Shown piece by piece: positions 47,906-56,257 of a stretch of DNA of 58,704 nt. Below the pieces are notes generated by a model. The model had not been told where the DNA came from, ran no database searches, and saw only the letters and a list, made by a program, of their open reading frames with translations. Each line of letters opens with the position of its first letter. Positions within the stretch are counted from its first letter, which is position 1. Made by a program: the position numbers and the translations under genes. Source of the DNA: an uncultured Caulobacteraceae bacterium (GTDB lineage Bacteria > Pseudomonadota > Alphaproteobacteria > Caulobacterales > Caulobacteraceae). The stretch lies in assembly GCA_964243445.1 (NCBI GenBank), contig CAXTEX010000001.1, forward strand, positions 1-58,704, read 5' to 3'.

Positions 47906-48949
47906 CTGCCGCCCTCGCCCGATGCGCCGCCCTGGTGGCGGCCCGACGTCCATGCCGACCGCCGCCCCGCCCTGCTGCTGCGCAACCGCATCAAGGCGGC
48001 GATGCGCGCCTGGTTCGAGGCGCGCGACTTCGTGGAGATCGAGGCGGCGGCGCTGCAGGTCTCTCCGGGGAACGAGGCGCACCTGCACGCCTTCGCCACC
48101 GAAGAGATCGCCCCGGACGGGAGCCGCACGCCGCTGTATCTGCACACATCGCCGGAGTTCGCGTGCAAGAAGCTGCTGGCGGCGGGCGAGCAGCGCATCT
48201 TCGACTTCGCCCGCGTGTGGCGCAACCGCGAGCGCGGCGTGCTGCACCACCGCGAGTTCACGCTGCTGGAGTGGTACCGCGCCGAGGAGCCCTATGAGAC
48301 CCTGATGGACGACGTCGCCGCCCTGTTGGCGCTGGCGGCGGACATGGCGGGAACGGCGCAGTTCGCCTTCCGCGGCCGAACCTGCGACCCGCGCGCGGCG
48401 CCTGAGCGGATGAGCGTCGCCGACGCCTTCCTCCGCTTCGCCGGCGTCGACCTGCTGGCGACGCTAAGCCCCGGCGGCGAGGCGGACCGGGAGGCCCTGG
48501 CCGAAGCCGCGGCTGTCGTCGGCGTGCGCGTGGCGGCCGACGACACCTGGTCGGACGTGTTCAGCCGCATCCTGGTGGAGCGCATCGAGCCGCAGCTGGG
48601 ACAGGGCCGCCCGACCCTGCTCTGCGAGTACCCGACGGTGGAGGCGGCGCTGGCCCGGCGATGCGCGCACGACCCCCGCGTCGCCGAGCGTTTCGAGCTC
48701 TACGCCTGCGGCGTGGAGCTCGCCAACGCCTTCGGCGAGCTTACCGACCCCGTCGAGCAACGACGAAGGTTCGAGGCCGAGATGGCGGAGAAGGCCCGCG
48801 TCTACGGCGAACGCTATCCGATTGACGAGGAGTTGCTGGCGGCGCTGTCGATCATGCCCGCGGCCAGCGGAGCCGCGCTGGGCTTCGACCGTCTGGTCAT
48901 GCTGGCCACCGGCGCGCGTCGGGTGGTGCAGGTGCTGTGGACGCCATAG
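47906..48949 (+). CDS. epmA: EF-P beta-lysyltransferase EpmA (GenX/PoxA)
   Basis: [55 protein letters not shown]; first ATG is 48002, CTG at 47906 proposed. Confidence 0.93.
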   Translation: MPPSPDAPPWWRPDVHADRRPALLLRNRIKAAMRAWFEARDFVEIEAAALQVSPGNEAHLHAFATEEIAPDGSRTPLYLHTSPEFACKKLLAAGEQRIFDFARVWRNRERGVLHHREFTLLEWYRAEEPYETLMDDVAALLALAADMAGTAQFAFRGRTCDPRAAPERMSVADAFLRFAGVDLLATLSPGGEADREALAEAAAVVGVRVAADDTWSDVFSRILVERIEPQLGQGRPTLLCEYPTVEAALARRCAHDPRVAERFELYACGVELANAFGELTDPVEQRRRFEAEMAEKARVYGERYPIDEELLAALSIMPAASGAALGFDRLVMLATGARRVVQVLWTP

Positions 48950-49329
48950 CGTGGCAGCGGCCGTGACATGGTCCGCAACCGAACTCACTGAATGGTAGCT
49001 ATGGGCGGGCCGCCATCGGACACTTGCTCTTCACCAAGGGGAGCAAGCCGTCTCGGACCTCATGTGGCCAGCACACCTCTTCGGACGCCGCCGTCAAGTA
49101 GGGCATCCCCAACCCGGAACCCTCATCAGACCCGTCAGACGGCTTGTGACAGGGCTCCACGCCCGATCAACTGTGAGGACTAATCGCACATACCCGAAGA
49201 TGCCGCCAAACGGCTCCGCAGCCAGAGCAAGCTCCTCCCTCAGTAGGATAAACTCTGCTTGCTTTGGTCTAAATGGGGATGAGAACCGACAGCTGTCTGG
49301 CACGTTTAGGCTGGCGGAGAAGATCGGGC

Positions 49330-50307
49330 ATGCCAACTGTCGCACAGATGACGTTTGAGCAGCATCTCGGCGCCGTGTTCGAGCGAACCGCCGGCAAGGT
49401 AGGACCAGAGATCGGCAGGCAGCTTCTGGCATTGATCGAGCCCAAGTCACTGGCCGTCATCGTGGGCGTCCTGACACTATGGGTGTTGAGCCACGGCGTC
49501 GCGATAGGCGAGATCATCGATGGTATCGTCACCATCATCGGCGTGCTGTCGATCGGTACGGCGATCTTCAACGGCATCGACGAACTCTTTGAGTTCGCAC
49601 GAGGAACCTACCAGGCTCGGAGCGACGACGACCTCGACAAGGCCGCAGACCACCTCGCCAAGGCCATCGCCATCATAGGCATTCAGGCCGTGCTCGCTGT
49701 GCTATTCCGTGGGCGTCCATCTGCGGGCCGCGGCGAGCCGGGTCCGCCTCCGCCCAGGACGCCCGGCATTCGCTACCGACCCACCACCGTTGGCGTGGCG
49801 GGCGCGCCGGGGGATGGGGTTACGAGCTGGTGGGGCGATATCGAGATTTCGACGGCCGGAAGCGACACGGACCGGGCCTTGGCCCTCTATCACGAGCAGG
49901 TCCACCAGTTCCTCACCCCCAAGCTCTACTTCCTGCGCAATTTCCGAGTGGAGATGCGCGTCGGCAGCTACACCAACTCCTCCCTCTGGCGTTACATCGA
50001 GGAAGTTCTTGCCGAGACGCGGGCGCAGGTAAAGATGAATGGGAAAACGGAACTGTTCTCCTCTTTCCGGTTTCCCGTGCGCAATGGCTATGTCTATTGG
50101 CGGCGCGCAGGGTCCGACCCGCGTATCGCAGATTGGGGCGGCAAGGGCGTGCTGCCGGAAGGAGCCGGCCTAATCGCATCCGGCACGATGTTCGGTTCGG
50201 CCGTGCAGCTCTGGTTCAAGGCCGGAGCCCCACCGCCCCAACCTTCGTCGGGCAAGTCCCTGCCGCTCCCTGTTCAACCGCTCGCAGGGGCGGGGGCGAG
50301 GCCGTGA
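49330..50307 (+). CDS. Hypothetical protein: hydrophobic N-domain plus C-terminal HExxH metallopeptidase-like domain (candidate toxin)
   Basis: GGAGA RBS; TM hairpin; Pro-rich linker; HEQVH (49891-49905) and downstream EEVLAE. Confidence 0.75.
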   Translation: MPTVAQMTFEQHLGAVFERTAGKVGPEIGRQLLALIEPKSLAVIVGVLTLWVLSHGVAIGEIIDGIVTIIGVLSIGTAIFNGIDELFEFARGTYQARSDDDLDKAADHLAKAIAIIGIQAVLAVLFRGRPSAGRGEPGPPPPRTPGIRYRPTTVGVAGAPGDGVTSWWGDIEISTAGSDTDRALALYHEQVHQFLTPKLYFLRNFRVEMRVGSYTNSSLWRYIEEVLAETRAQVKMNGKTELFSSFRFPVRNGYVYWRRAGSDPRIADWGGKGVLPEGAGLIASGTMFGSAVQLWFKAGAPPPQPSSGKSLPLPVQPLAGAGARP

Positions 50308-50582
50308 ACGGGCCCGGGCGTCGCGGCATTGTCGGCTGGCTGCTCGGCTGGCCCGAGCCTCCCCCGGCGACTCGCCTTGACGCCGCGGCCGTGGTCGCCT
50401 TGGCGGCGGACTCCGCGGCCGTGCGTGAACTCGGCCGATCCTTGCCCATGGCGAGAGCGCGCAGGCAAGATGACCGCCTCGTCTGGCGGGTGTCGAGCGG
50501 CGGGATCGGCGCCCAGTGGTGGGTGGAGGTCGACGACGCAACTGGCGAGGTGAGTGACGTGCATCACGCCCCGGGCCGTTGA
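50304..50582 (+). CDS. Small PepSY-like protein (candidate immunity/inhibitor, 92 aa)
   Basis: GTGA overlap with the upstream stop; VWRV...WWVEVDDATGEV PepSY-type end. Confidence 0.65.
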   Translation: MNGPGRRGIVGWLLGWPEPPPATRLDAAAVVALAADSAAVRELGRSLPMARARRQDDRLVWRVSSGGIGAQWWVEVDDATGEVSDVHHAPGR

Positions 50583-50914
50583 TCCGATCAGTTGTTGCGG
50601 CTTTCGTGGCCTGGAGCGAGGACGGGAACTTGCCGACGCATGAGGCCGGCGACGACGACCCAATGCAGGGCGGCCAGCGCGCTGGAAGCACTCCTAGTTC
50701 GGAGCACCGCCGCGACGTCCGCTTCACGGCACTTCTAGACTTTCACCGCCTCCGATCAGGCGCGCCACGGGCCTCCGGAATGTCGCATAGCTGGGAGGGA
50801 GCGGCATGTCGCCTATGGGTCGAACACTGCCAATCGACCGCCGGCGACAAGCGGACGTCGTCATCCCTCCCGGCCGCCCTTTGCTTCCAGGGCGCGGCCC
50901 GGCATACCCCGACC

Positions 50915-51955
50915 GTGAAACCTCTCCGCACCCCCGTCGATCTCGCCAACGCCGGCCTCGTCGTCGCCGCTGACCTGCCGGCGCTGGAGCGGGTGGCTGA
51001 GCGGTATGCGGTGGCGGTGACGCCGGCGGTGGCGCGGCTGGTGGATCGGGACGATCCGACTGATCCCATCGCGCGCCAGTTTGTGCCCCAGGCCTTCGAG
51101 CTGCTCACCCTCCCCGAGGAGCGCGTCGACCCGATCGGCGACGAGGCGCACACGCCGGTCGAAGGGGTCGTGCACCGCTATCCCGATCGGGTGCTGCTGA
51201 AGCTGACCCACACCTGCGCGGTCTACTGCCGCTTCTGCTTCCGGCGCGAGGTGGTCGGGCCGGGCGGCATGGGTGATCTGGACGCCGCCGGCCGCGAGGC
51301 CGCCTACGCTTATATCGCCGCCCGGCCCGAGGTCTGGGAGGTGATCCTGACCGGGGGCGATCCCCTGGTGCTCTCGCCCCGGAGGCTGGCGGAGGCGATG
51401 GGGCGGCTGGCGTCCATCGACCATGTCAAGGTGGTGCGCCTGCACACCCGCGTCCCCGTCGTCGACCCCGAGGCGGTGACGCCGGAGCGGGCGGCCGCCC
51501 TGCGCTCCGGCGGCCAGGCGGTCTATGTGGCCATCCACGCCAACCATCCGAAAGAGTTCACACCGCAGGCGCGGGCCGCCTGCGCGCGGCTGGCGGACGC
51601 GGGCCTGCCGCTGCTGGGTCAGACGGTGCTGCTGCGCGGCGTCAACGACGATCCGGCGACGCTGGAGGCCTTGATGCGCTCCATGGTGGAGACGCGGATC
51701 AAGCCCTATTACCTGCACCATGCCGATCTGGCGCCCGGCACCGCTCCGTTCCGCACCACCCTGGCGGACGGGCAGGCCCTGATGCGCGGTTTGCGCGGGC
51801 GGGTGTCTGGGCTGTGCCAGCCGACCTATGTCCTCGACATTCCTGGCGGCCACGGCAAGGCCCCCGTCGGGCCGACCTACCTGCACGGCGAGGGCGAGGC
51901 GCTGCAGGTGGACTCGCCCCTGCATGGCCGCTGGTCCTATCCACCTGAGAGCTGA
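50915..51955 (+). CDS. epmB: Lysine 2,3-aminomutase (EpmB/KamA family radical SAM)
   Basis: DPIGD, HRYPDRVLL, CAVYCRFC, ILTGGDPL, QTVLLRGVND, PYYLHH, PTYVLDIPGGHGK; GTG 50915. Confidence 0.92.
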   Translation: MKPLRTPVDLANAGLVVAADLPALERVAERYAVAVTPAVARLVDRDDPTDPIARQFVPQAFELLTLPEERVDPIGDEAHTPVEGVVHRYPDRVLLKLTHTCAVYCRFCFRREVVGPGGMGDLDAAGREAAYAYIAARPEVWEVILTGGDPLVLSPRRLAEAMGRLASIDHVKVVRLHTRVPVVDPEAVTPERAAALRSGGQAVYVAIHANHPKEFTPQARAACARLADAGLPLLGQTVLLRGVNDDPATLEALMRSMVETRIKPYYLHHADLAPGTAPFRTTLADGQALMRGLRGRVSGLCQPTYVLDIPGGHGKAPVGPTYLHGEGEALQVDSPLHGRWSYPPES

Positions 51956-52314
51956 GAGCTTTTGGGATATGCGCTTGTAACGATCTGCGTGCTGCAAGAC
52001 GCTAGCAAGCACGCTCCTCGGCATGACAAGGCGCAAGATTCACGCGCCGCCGTCCCGAGGCGTTCGCGCAGGGCGTCTCAAAGCCCCGCCGCATTCTCAA
52101 GCCTCTTGGGAGGGAGACGTCCGGTCTTGACGTAGCCTGCCGCGAGATATGTCCACGATGAACATGCGCCGTCATCTTCGATCCGGACCAGCGATCAACC
52201 GACGACTTGGTGTACGTGGAGCGCAAGTTTGGCCTGCCGAAGTCAACCACGCCGACAGCTCGTCTTACTCGGTTCCATACGCCTGGCGTGTGCGCTTGAC
52301 GCACAGGTCAGCCC

Positions 52315-52686
52315 TCACGCGACGGCGCGGGTCCGGTGCAGAGCCTTCAGCACCTCCACGGCCTGGAGCCGCTCTGCGGGCTTGAGCTGCTCCCAGATCG
52401 TCCAAAGGCCCTCGGGGTCCGACGGGTCGCGCATGATCAGGCTGGCCCGGTCGGTGCGGTAGACCTGGGCCAGGATCTCCAGAAGTCCTTGCCCATAGGG
52501 CAGTAGCCCTCGCTCGATCCGACTCAGGGTGGCGTGGGTCATGCTGATCGGCCGGACCGACGCGCCTGCATCGTTGCGATCTTCCGAGGCGCGTTCGATC
52601 CGCTCGGCCGCCTGCTCCAGGGTCAGACCGCTCGCCCGCCGCCACTCTCGAAGATAGTGGCCCGGATGACCATCGTGCGCCGCCAT
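52315..52686 (-). CDS. XRE-family HTH repressor (phage-like, no S24 domain)
   Basis: YLREWRRASGLTLEQAAERI...HATLSRIERG..PY...SLIMRDP; 123 aa. Confidence 0.85.
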   Translation of the reverse strand: MAAHDGHPGHYLREWRRASGLTLEQAAERIERASEDRNDAGASVRPISMTHATLSRIERGLLPYGQGLLEILAQVYRTDRASLIMRDPSDPEGLWTIWEQLKPAERLQAVEVLKALHRTRAVA

Positions 52687-52781
52687 GTGCTCACGATGCA
52701 AAATGTCGCTCTTATTGTCCAGAGGGCCGGAAACAACCCGCGGCGGTTGACTCCCATGTACGTCAAGAGCACATCTCTGGT

Positions 52782-52796
52782 GTTCCTGTTTTGTTC
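52782..52796 (+). promoter_or_regulatory. Alphaproteobacterial LexA (SOS) box
   Basis: Exact GTTC-CTGTTTT-GTTC (GTTC-N7-GTTC) just upstream of the AGGAG RBS of 52811. Confidence 0.75.
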
Positions 52797-52810
52797 GTAG
52801 GAGTTCACTG

Positions 52811-53077
52811 ATGTCAAAGCCGTCCCAGGGGCTGCGCGCCCTCGCCTCCATGCTGGAGACCGTCACCCCCGAGCTCGCGCCCGCCGCCCGGACCGCCCTC
52901 GGCGGCGCGGCCGCCAGCCTGCACCAAGCCGCCGACGCCCAGGCCGTCGCCGAAGCCGCCCGGATCGGCGGCGCTGTCGCCGGGCCGGCGCTCGGCCTTT
53001 TCGCCAGCGCCATGGTCGACGGCTTCTTCGCCCTGTTCCAGGCCCGTCCGGCCGCGCCGACATCCGGCGCGGGCTGA
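52811..53077 (+). CDS. Small Ala-rich helical hypothetical protein (88 aa)
   Basis: AGGAG RBS and ATG; GC3-biased codons. Confidence 0.7.
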   Translation: MSKPSQGLRALASMLETVTPELAPAARTALGGAAASLHQAADAQAVAEAARIGGAVAGPALGLFASAMVDGFFALFQARPAAPTSGAG

Positions 53078-53094
53078 CGATAGGGGGCGCGCCG

Positions 53095-53280
53095 ATGATC
53101 GCACCCCGCTACCGGAGCCCTCGCAACAGCCTCACGCAAGCCGACGTCTCGCGGCTGGTCGCCATGCGCGAGGGGGGCTCCACCTGGAAGGAGATCGGGC
53201 GCACGTTCGGCAAACAGGACAGCGCCTGCAAGTCCATCTTCGACAAGGCGAAAGGCCACGGCGAGGAGCGGCGGCCCTAA
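53095..53280 (+). CDS. Small HTH protein (GcrA N-terminal/Myb-like, 61 aa)
   Basis: LTQADVSRLVAMREGGSTWKEIGRTFGKQDSACKSIF; AGGGGG RBS. Confidence 0.7.
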   Translation: MIAPRYRSPRNSLTQADVSRLVAMREGGSTWKEIGRTFGKQDSACKSIFDKAKGHGEERRP

Positions 53281-53350
53281 GCCTCCGCCAGCCGCGGACT
53301 GGACGCGGACCTGATCTGGGGGGCGGCGCGGAACATGCGCCGCTCCATCC

Positions 53351-53764
53351 TCAATTCTCTTCGGGCGGCATTGGGCGGGGCCGGCGGTTCTCGTCGATGG
53401 CCACGAAGGCGAAGGTGCCTTGGGTCACCTTCACGGCCGTCCGCTCGTCGCGCCGCCGTCGCCAGGCCTCGACGAAGACCTTGATCGAGGTGCGCCCCAC
53501 ATGGACGGGCCGGGCGAACAGGCTGACCTCGTCGCCCACGAAGACGGGGCTGAGGAAGCTCATGCCGTCCAGCGCCACGGTGGCGCATCGACCCCGCGCC
53601 CGGCCGAAGGCGATGGTGGCCGCGGCGAGGTCCATCTGGGAGATCAGCCAGCCGCCGAAGATGTCGCCCTCCGGATTGGTGTCGCACGGCATGGCGATGG
53701 CGCGGAGCACGGGCTCCTCCGACGGCCATGCGGGCGGCTCGAAGCTCGATTGCGGTTCGCTCAC
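53351..53764 (-). CDS. Acyl-CoA thioesterase (YciA-like hotdog fold)
   Basis: AMPCDTNPEGDIFGGWLISQMDLAA, VGRTSI, FVAIDENRRPR. Confidence 0.9.
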   Translation of the reverse strand: MSEPQSSFEPPAWPSEEPVLRAIAMPCDTNPEGDIFGGWLISQMDLAAATIAFGRARGRCATVALDGMSFLSPVFVGDEVSLFARPVHVGRTSIKVFVEAWRRRRDERTAVKVTQGTFAFVAIDENRRPRPMPPEEN

Positions 53765-54501
53765 GGCGGGCTCCGGTCAGACAGCCTTGAAGGGCCCGGG
53801 ATGGCGCGGAGCGACAGCGGCGCGTCCGCGGAAGGGGTCGGCGTGTCCGCGACCAGACTCCGGGCCCGCCCGTCGGTCCAGTCGACCACCTGGGCCAGCA
53901 CGTCCTGCACGGCCAGGTCATAGGCGGCGACGATGGCCGAGGCCCGGTCCTCCGAGGCCGGCCGGCGTGCGGTGAAGCCCTGTTGCACCAGGGCTCGGCC
54001 GTCGGCGCGGGCCAGGGTGGCGCGCAGGCTCACCACGACGACGGGCGGGCCAGGGAAGCGGGCGTCATAGCGGGCGTCGAACTCGCCGACGTCCAGGCGC
54101 AGTAGGGCGGACGCCGCGCCGAGCTCCGAGCGGGCGACCAGCCGCACCCCGCGCGCCCGGGCCGCGAAGGCCTGCTCCGCATCCTCCTGGAACATCAGCA
54201 CCGCCGGCGTCAGCCAGCGGGCGCCGCCGATATAGGCCGCCTCCTGCCCGCGCAGGGTGAGCAGCCCGTCGCCCGTCGCTGCACGGGGAAAGCTGACCTG
54301 GGCCAGGATCACCCCGAGCGCGCCCTGATCGCGACCCACCACCGCAGGCGTCTGCGTCTCGACGGCGGGGGTCGGCCGCCCGAACTGGTAGAGCTGCACC
54401 GGCGGCTGCTTGGGCAGCAACGAGACGCAGCCAGACAGGCTGGAGGCCAGCAGGGCGCCCAGCAGCGCCGAAGCCCTGAGGACCGTCGGTCGACGCTTCA
54501 C
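53761..54501 (-). CDS. ABC transport auxiliary lipoprotein (PqiC-like)
   Basis: Lipobox LSGC; AYIGGARWLTP; in the MCE operon. Confidence 0.85.
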   Translation of the reverse strand: MKRRPTVLRASALLGALLASSLSGCVSLLPKQPPVQLYQFGRPTPAVETQTPAVVGRDQGALGVILAQVSFPRAATGDGLLTLRGQEAAYIGGARWLTPAVLMFQEDAEQAFAARARGVRLVARSELGAASALLRLDVGEFDARYDARFPGPPVVVVSLRATLARADGRALVQQGFTARRPASEDRASAIVAAYDLAVQDVLAQVVDWTDGRARSLVADTPTPSADAPLSLRAIPGPSRLSDRSPP

Positions 54502-55436
54502 GGCTTCACCTCGCGCGTCTTCGCCGGCGGTTTGGTCAGCAGTTCGCGCGGGTTCTGCTCCACCTCGCCCACCAGCCGGTCCAGCGACTCGGCCGCGGTC
54601 TGCAGCGAGATGACGGCGCGGGACAGCTGCGGCAGTCCGTTGGCGGTGAAGTCCTGCGTCGGCCCCCTCACCTGGGCCACGAAGCTCCTCGCGTCAGACG
54701 CGGTGGCGCGCAGCTGGACGGCGGCGGCGTCCAGGTCGGCCAGGGTCGTGCGGCCCTGACCGTTCAGCAGGGCGTTGCTGCTGGCGGCCAGGGTGTCGAT
54801 GTGGCGGGAGGTGACGCTCAGCCCCTTGAGGGTGGCGTCCAGATCGGCCAGCAGCGGCCCCTGCGCCTTGGCGAGGGCTGTGGCGTCGCGCACATTGGCG
54901 AGCGTCGCGGTGAAGTCCTGCATGTTCTTGTCCGACAACAGCGTGTTGACCCGGTCCAGGGCCTCCACCGAGCGGGCCAGCACGTCGCCGCCGCCTTCCA
55001 GCAGGCTTTCCAGGGCGCTCCGGGTGGTGCGGATAACAGGGATGGCGCCCTGGGGCGTCACGTCGCGCAGCAGGGGCCTGCCCGGCCCGCCCGCGGTGAT
55101 CTGGATGTAGCTGACGCCGGTCACGCCCATGGGCTCCAGCGAGCCGGTGGAGTCGGTCTTGATCGGCGCCTCCGCCGAGACGCGGGCCCGGGCGACCACC
55201 CGGTTGGGATCGCGCCGGTCCAGCGACAGCTTGGTCACGTCACCGATCTTGATGCCGTTGAAATAGACCTCGCCCCCCTGCGACAAGCCCCGCACCGGAC
55301 CTTGGAAGTCGATGTCGTAGACGGCGTACTGGCTGGTGAACTGCAGCCGCGCCAGCCAGGCGGCGAACACCAGCAGGCCGATGAACAGGGCCGCCGACAC
55401 CGCTCCCACCACCGCATAGTGGGCGTTGCGCTCCAT
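54498..55436 (-). CDS. MlaD/MCE family protein
   Basis: MERNAHY, GLSQGGEVYFNGIKIGDV, GVTGVSYIQI, helical tail ending EQNPRELL. Confidence 0.9.
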   Translation of the reverse strand: MERNAHYAVVGAVSAALFIGLLVFAAWLARLQFTSQYAVYDIDFQGPVRGLSQGGEVYFNGIKIGDVTKLSLDRRDPNRVVARARVSAEAPIKTDSTGSLEPMGVTGVSYIQITAGGPGRPLLRDVTPQGAIPVIRTTRSALESLLEGGGDVLARSVEALDRVNTLLSDKNMQDFTATLANVRDATALAKAQGPLLADLDATLKGLSVTSRHIDTLAASSNALLNGQGRTTLADLDAAAVQLRATASDARSFVAQVRGPTQDFTANGLPQLSRAVISLQTAAESLDRLVGEVEQNPRELLTKPPAKTREVKP

Positions 55437-56257
55437 CAGCGCGCCTCGACCAGGGCGGTGCGGGCGGCGCGGCCCCGCGGCCCCAGGAAATAGGCGCGGA
55501 TCCAGGGGTGGTCGGAGCGTTCCAGCTCCGCGACCGGAGCGGTGGCGACGATCTTGCGGTCCGCGATCACCGCCACCCGATCGCAGAGCGCGTACAGACT
55601 GTCCAGGTCGTGGGTGATCAGCAGCACCGTCAGCCCCAGCGCCTTGGACAACCCCTGCAGCAGCCGATCGAAGGCCTCCGCCCCGATGGGGTCGAGCCCG
55701 GAGGTCGGCTCGTCCAGGAACAGCAGCTCCGGATCGAGCGCCAGGGCCCGCGCCACTCCCGCCCGCTTGCGCATGCCGCCGGAGAGCTCGGCCGGCTTGA
55801 GCGCGGCGGCCTCGGGCGGCAGGCCGGCCAGGGCGATCTTCAACTCCGCGAGCGCCCGGACCTGACGGCGCGGCAGGCGGGTGTGCTCACGCAGGGGTGC
55901 GGCCACATTGTCCAGCACGCTGAGGGCCGAGAACAGCGCGGCGCCCTGGAACAGCACGCCCCAGCGCGCCTCCAGCTCCCGCTGCTTGGCGTCGCCGGCG
56001 TGGCTCACGTCCACGCCCAGGACCCGCACCCGCCCCGCCTCCGGCCTTCGCAGCCCGATCAGGGTGTTGAGCAGAACCGACTTGCCCGCGCCCGAACCGC
56101 CGACCAGGCCCAGCACCTCGCCCTTGCGAACAGTCAGGTCCAGGCCGTCGTGGACGAGGTTGGACCCAAAGCGCGAGACCAGCCCTTCCACCACGATCGC
56201 CGGTTCGGGTTCGGCTTCGCCGATCGGAGCCGCGGCGGCGGCAGGCGTCGCACTCAC
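55436..56257 (-). CDS. MlaF-like ABC ATPase
   Basis: GGSGAGKS, LFQGAALFS, ELSGGMRKR, FLDEPTSGLDP, THDL. Confidence 0.92.
   Translation of the reverse strand: MSATPAAAAAPIGEAEPEPAIVVEGLVSRFGSNLVHDGLDLTVRKGEVLGLVGGSGAGKSVLLNTLIGLRRPEAGRVRVLGVDVSHAGDAKQRELEARWGVLFQGAALFSALSVLDNVAAPLREHTRLPRRQVRALAELKIALAGLPPEAAALKPAELSGGMRKRAGVARALALDPELLFLDEPTSGLDPIGAEAFDRLLQGLSKALGLTVLLITHDLDSLYALCDRVAVIADRKIVATAPVAELERSDHPWIRAYFLGPRGRAARTALVEAR

Noticed and set aside
47786-48250. Apparent 345-aa EF-P with an N-terminal extension
   Set aside because: The extension overlaps epmA on the other strand; the RBS and conserved start are at 47785/47779
50579-50914. 112-aa N-terminal extension of EpmB
   Set aside because: Atypical codons and no family resemblance; homology begins at GTG 50915
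52687-53259. 314-aa version of the XRE protein
   Set aside because: The extension crosses the promoter region and two plus-strand genes with good RBSs
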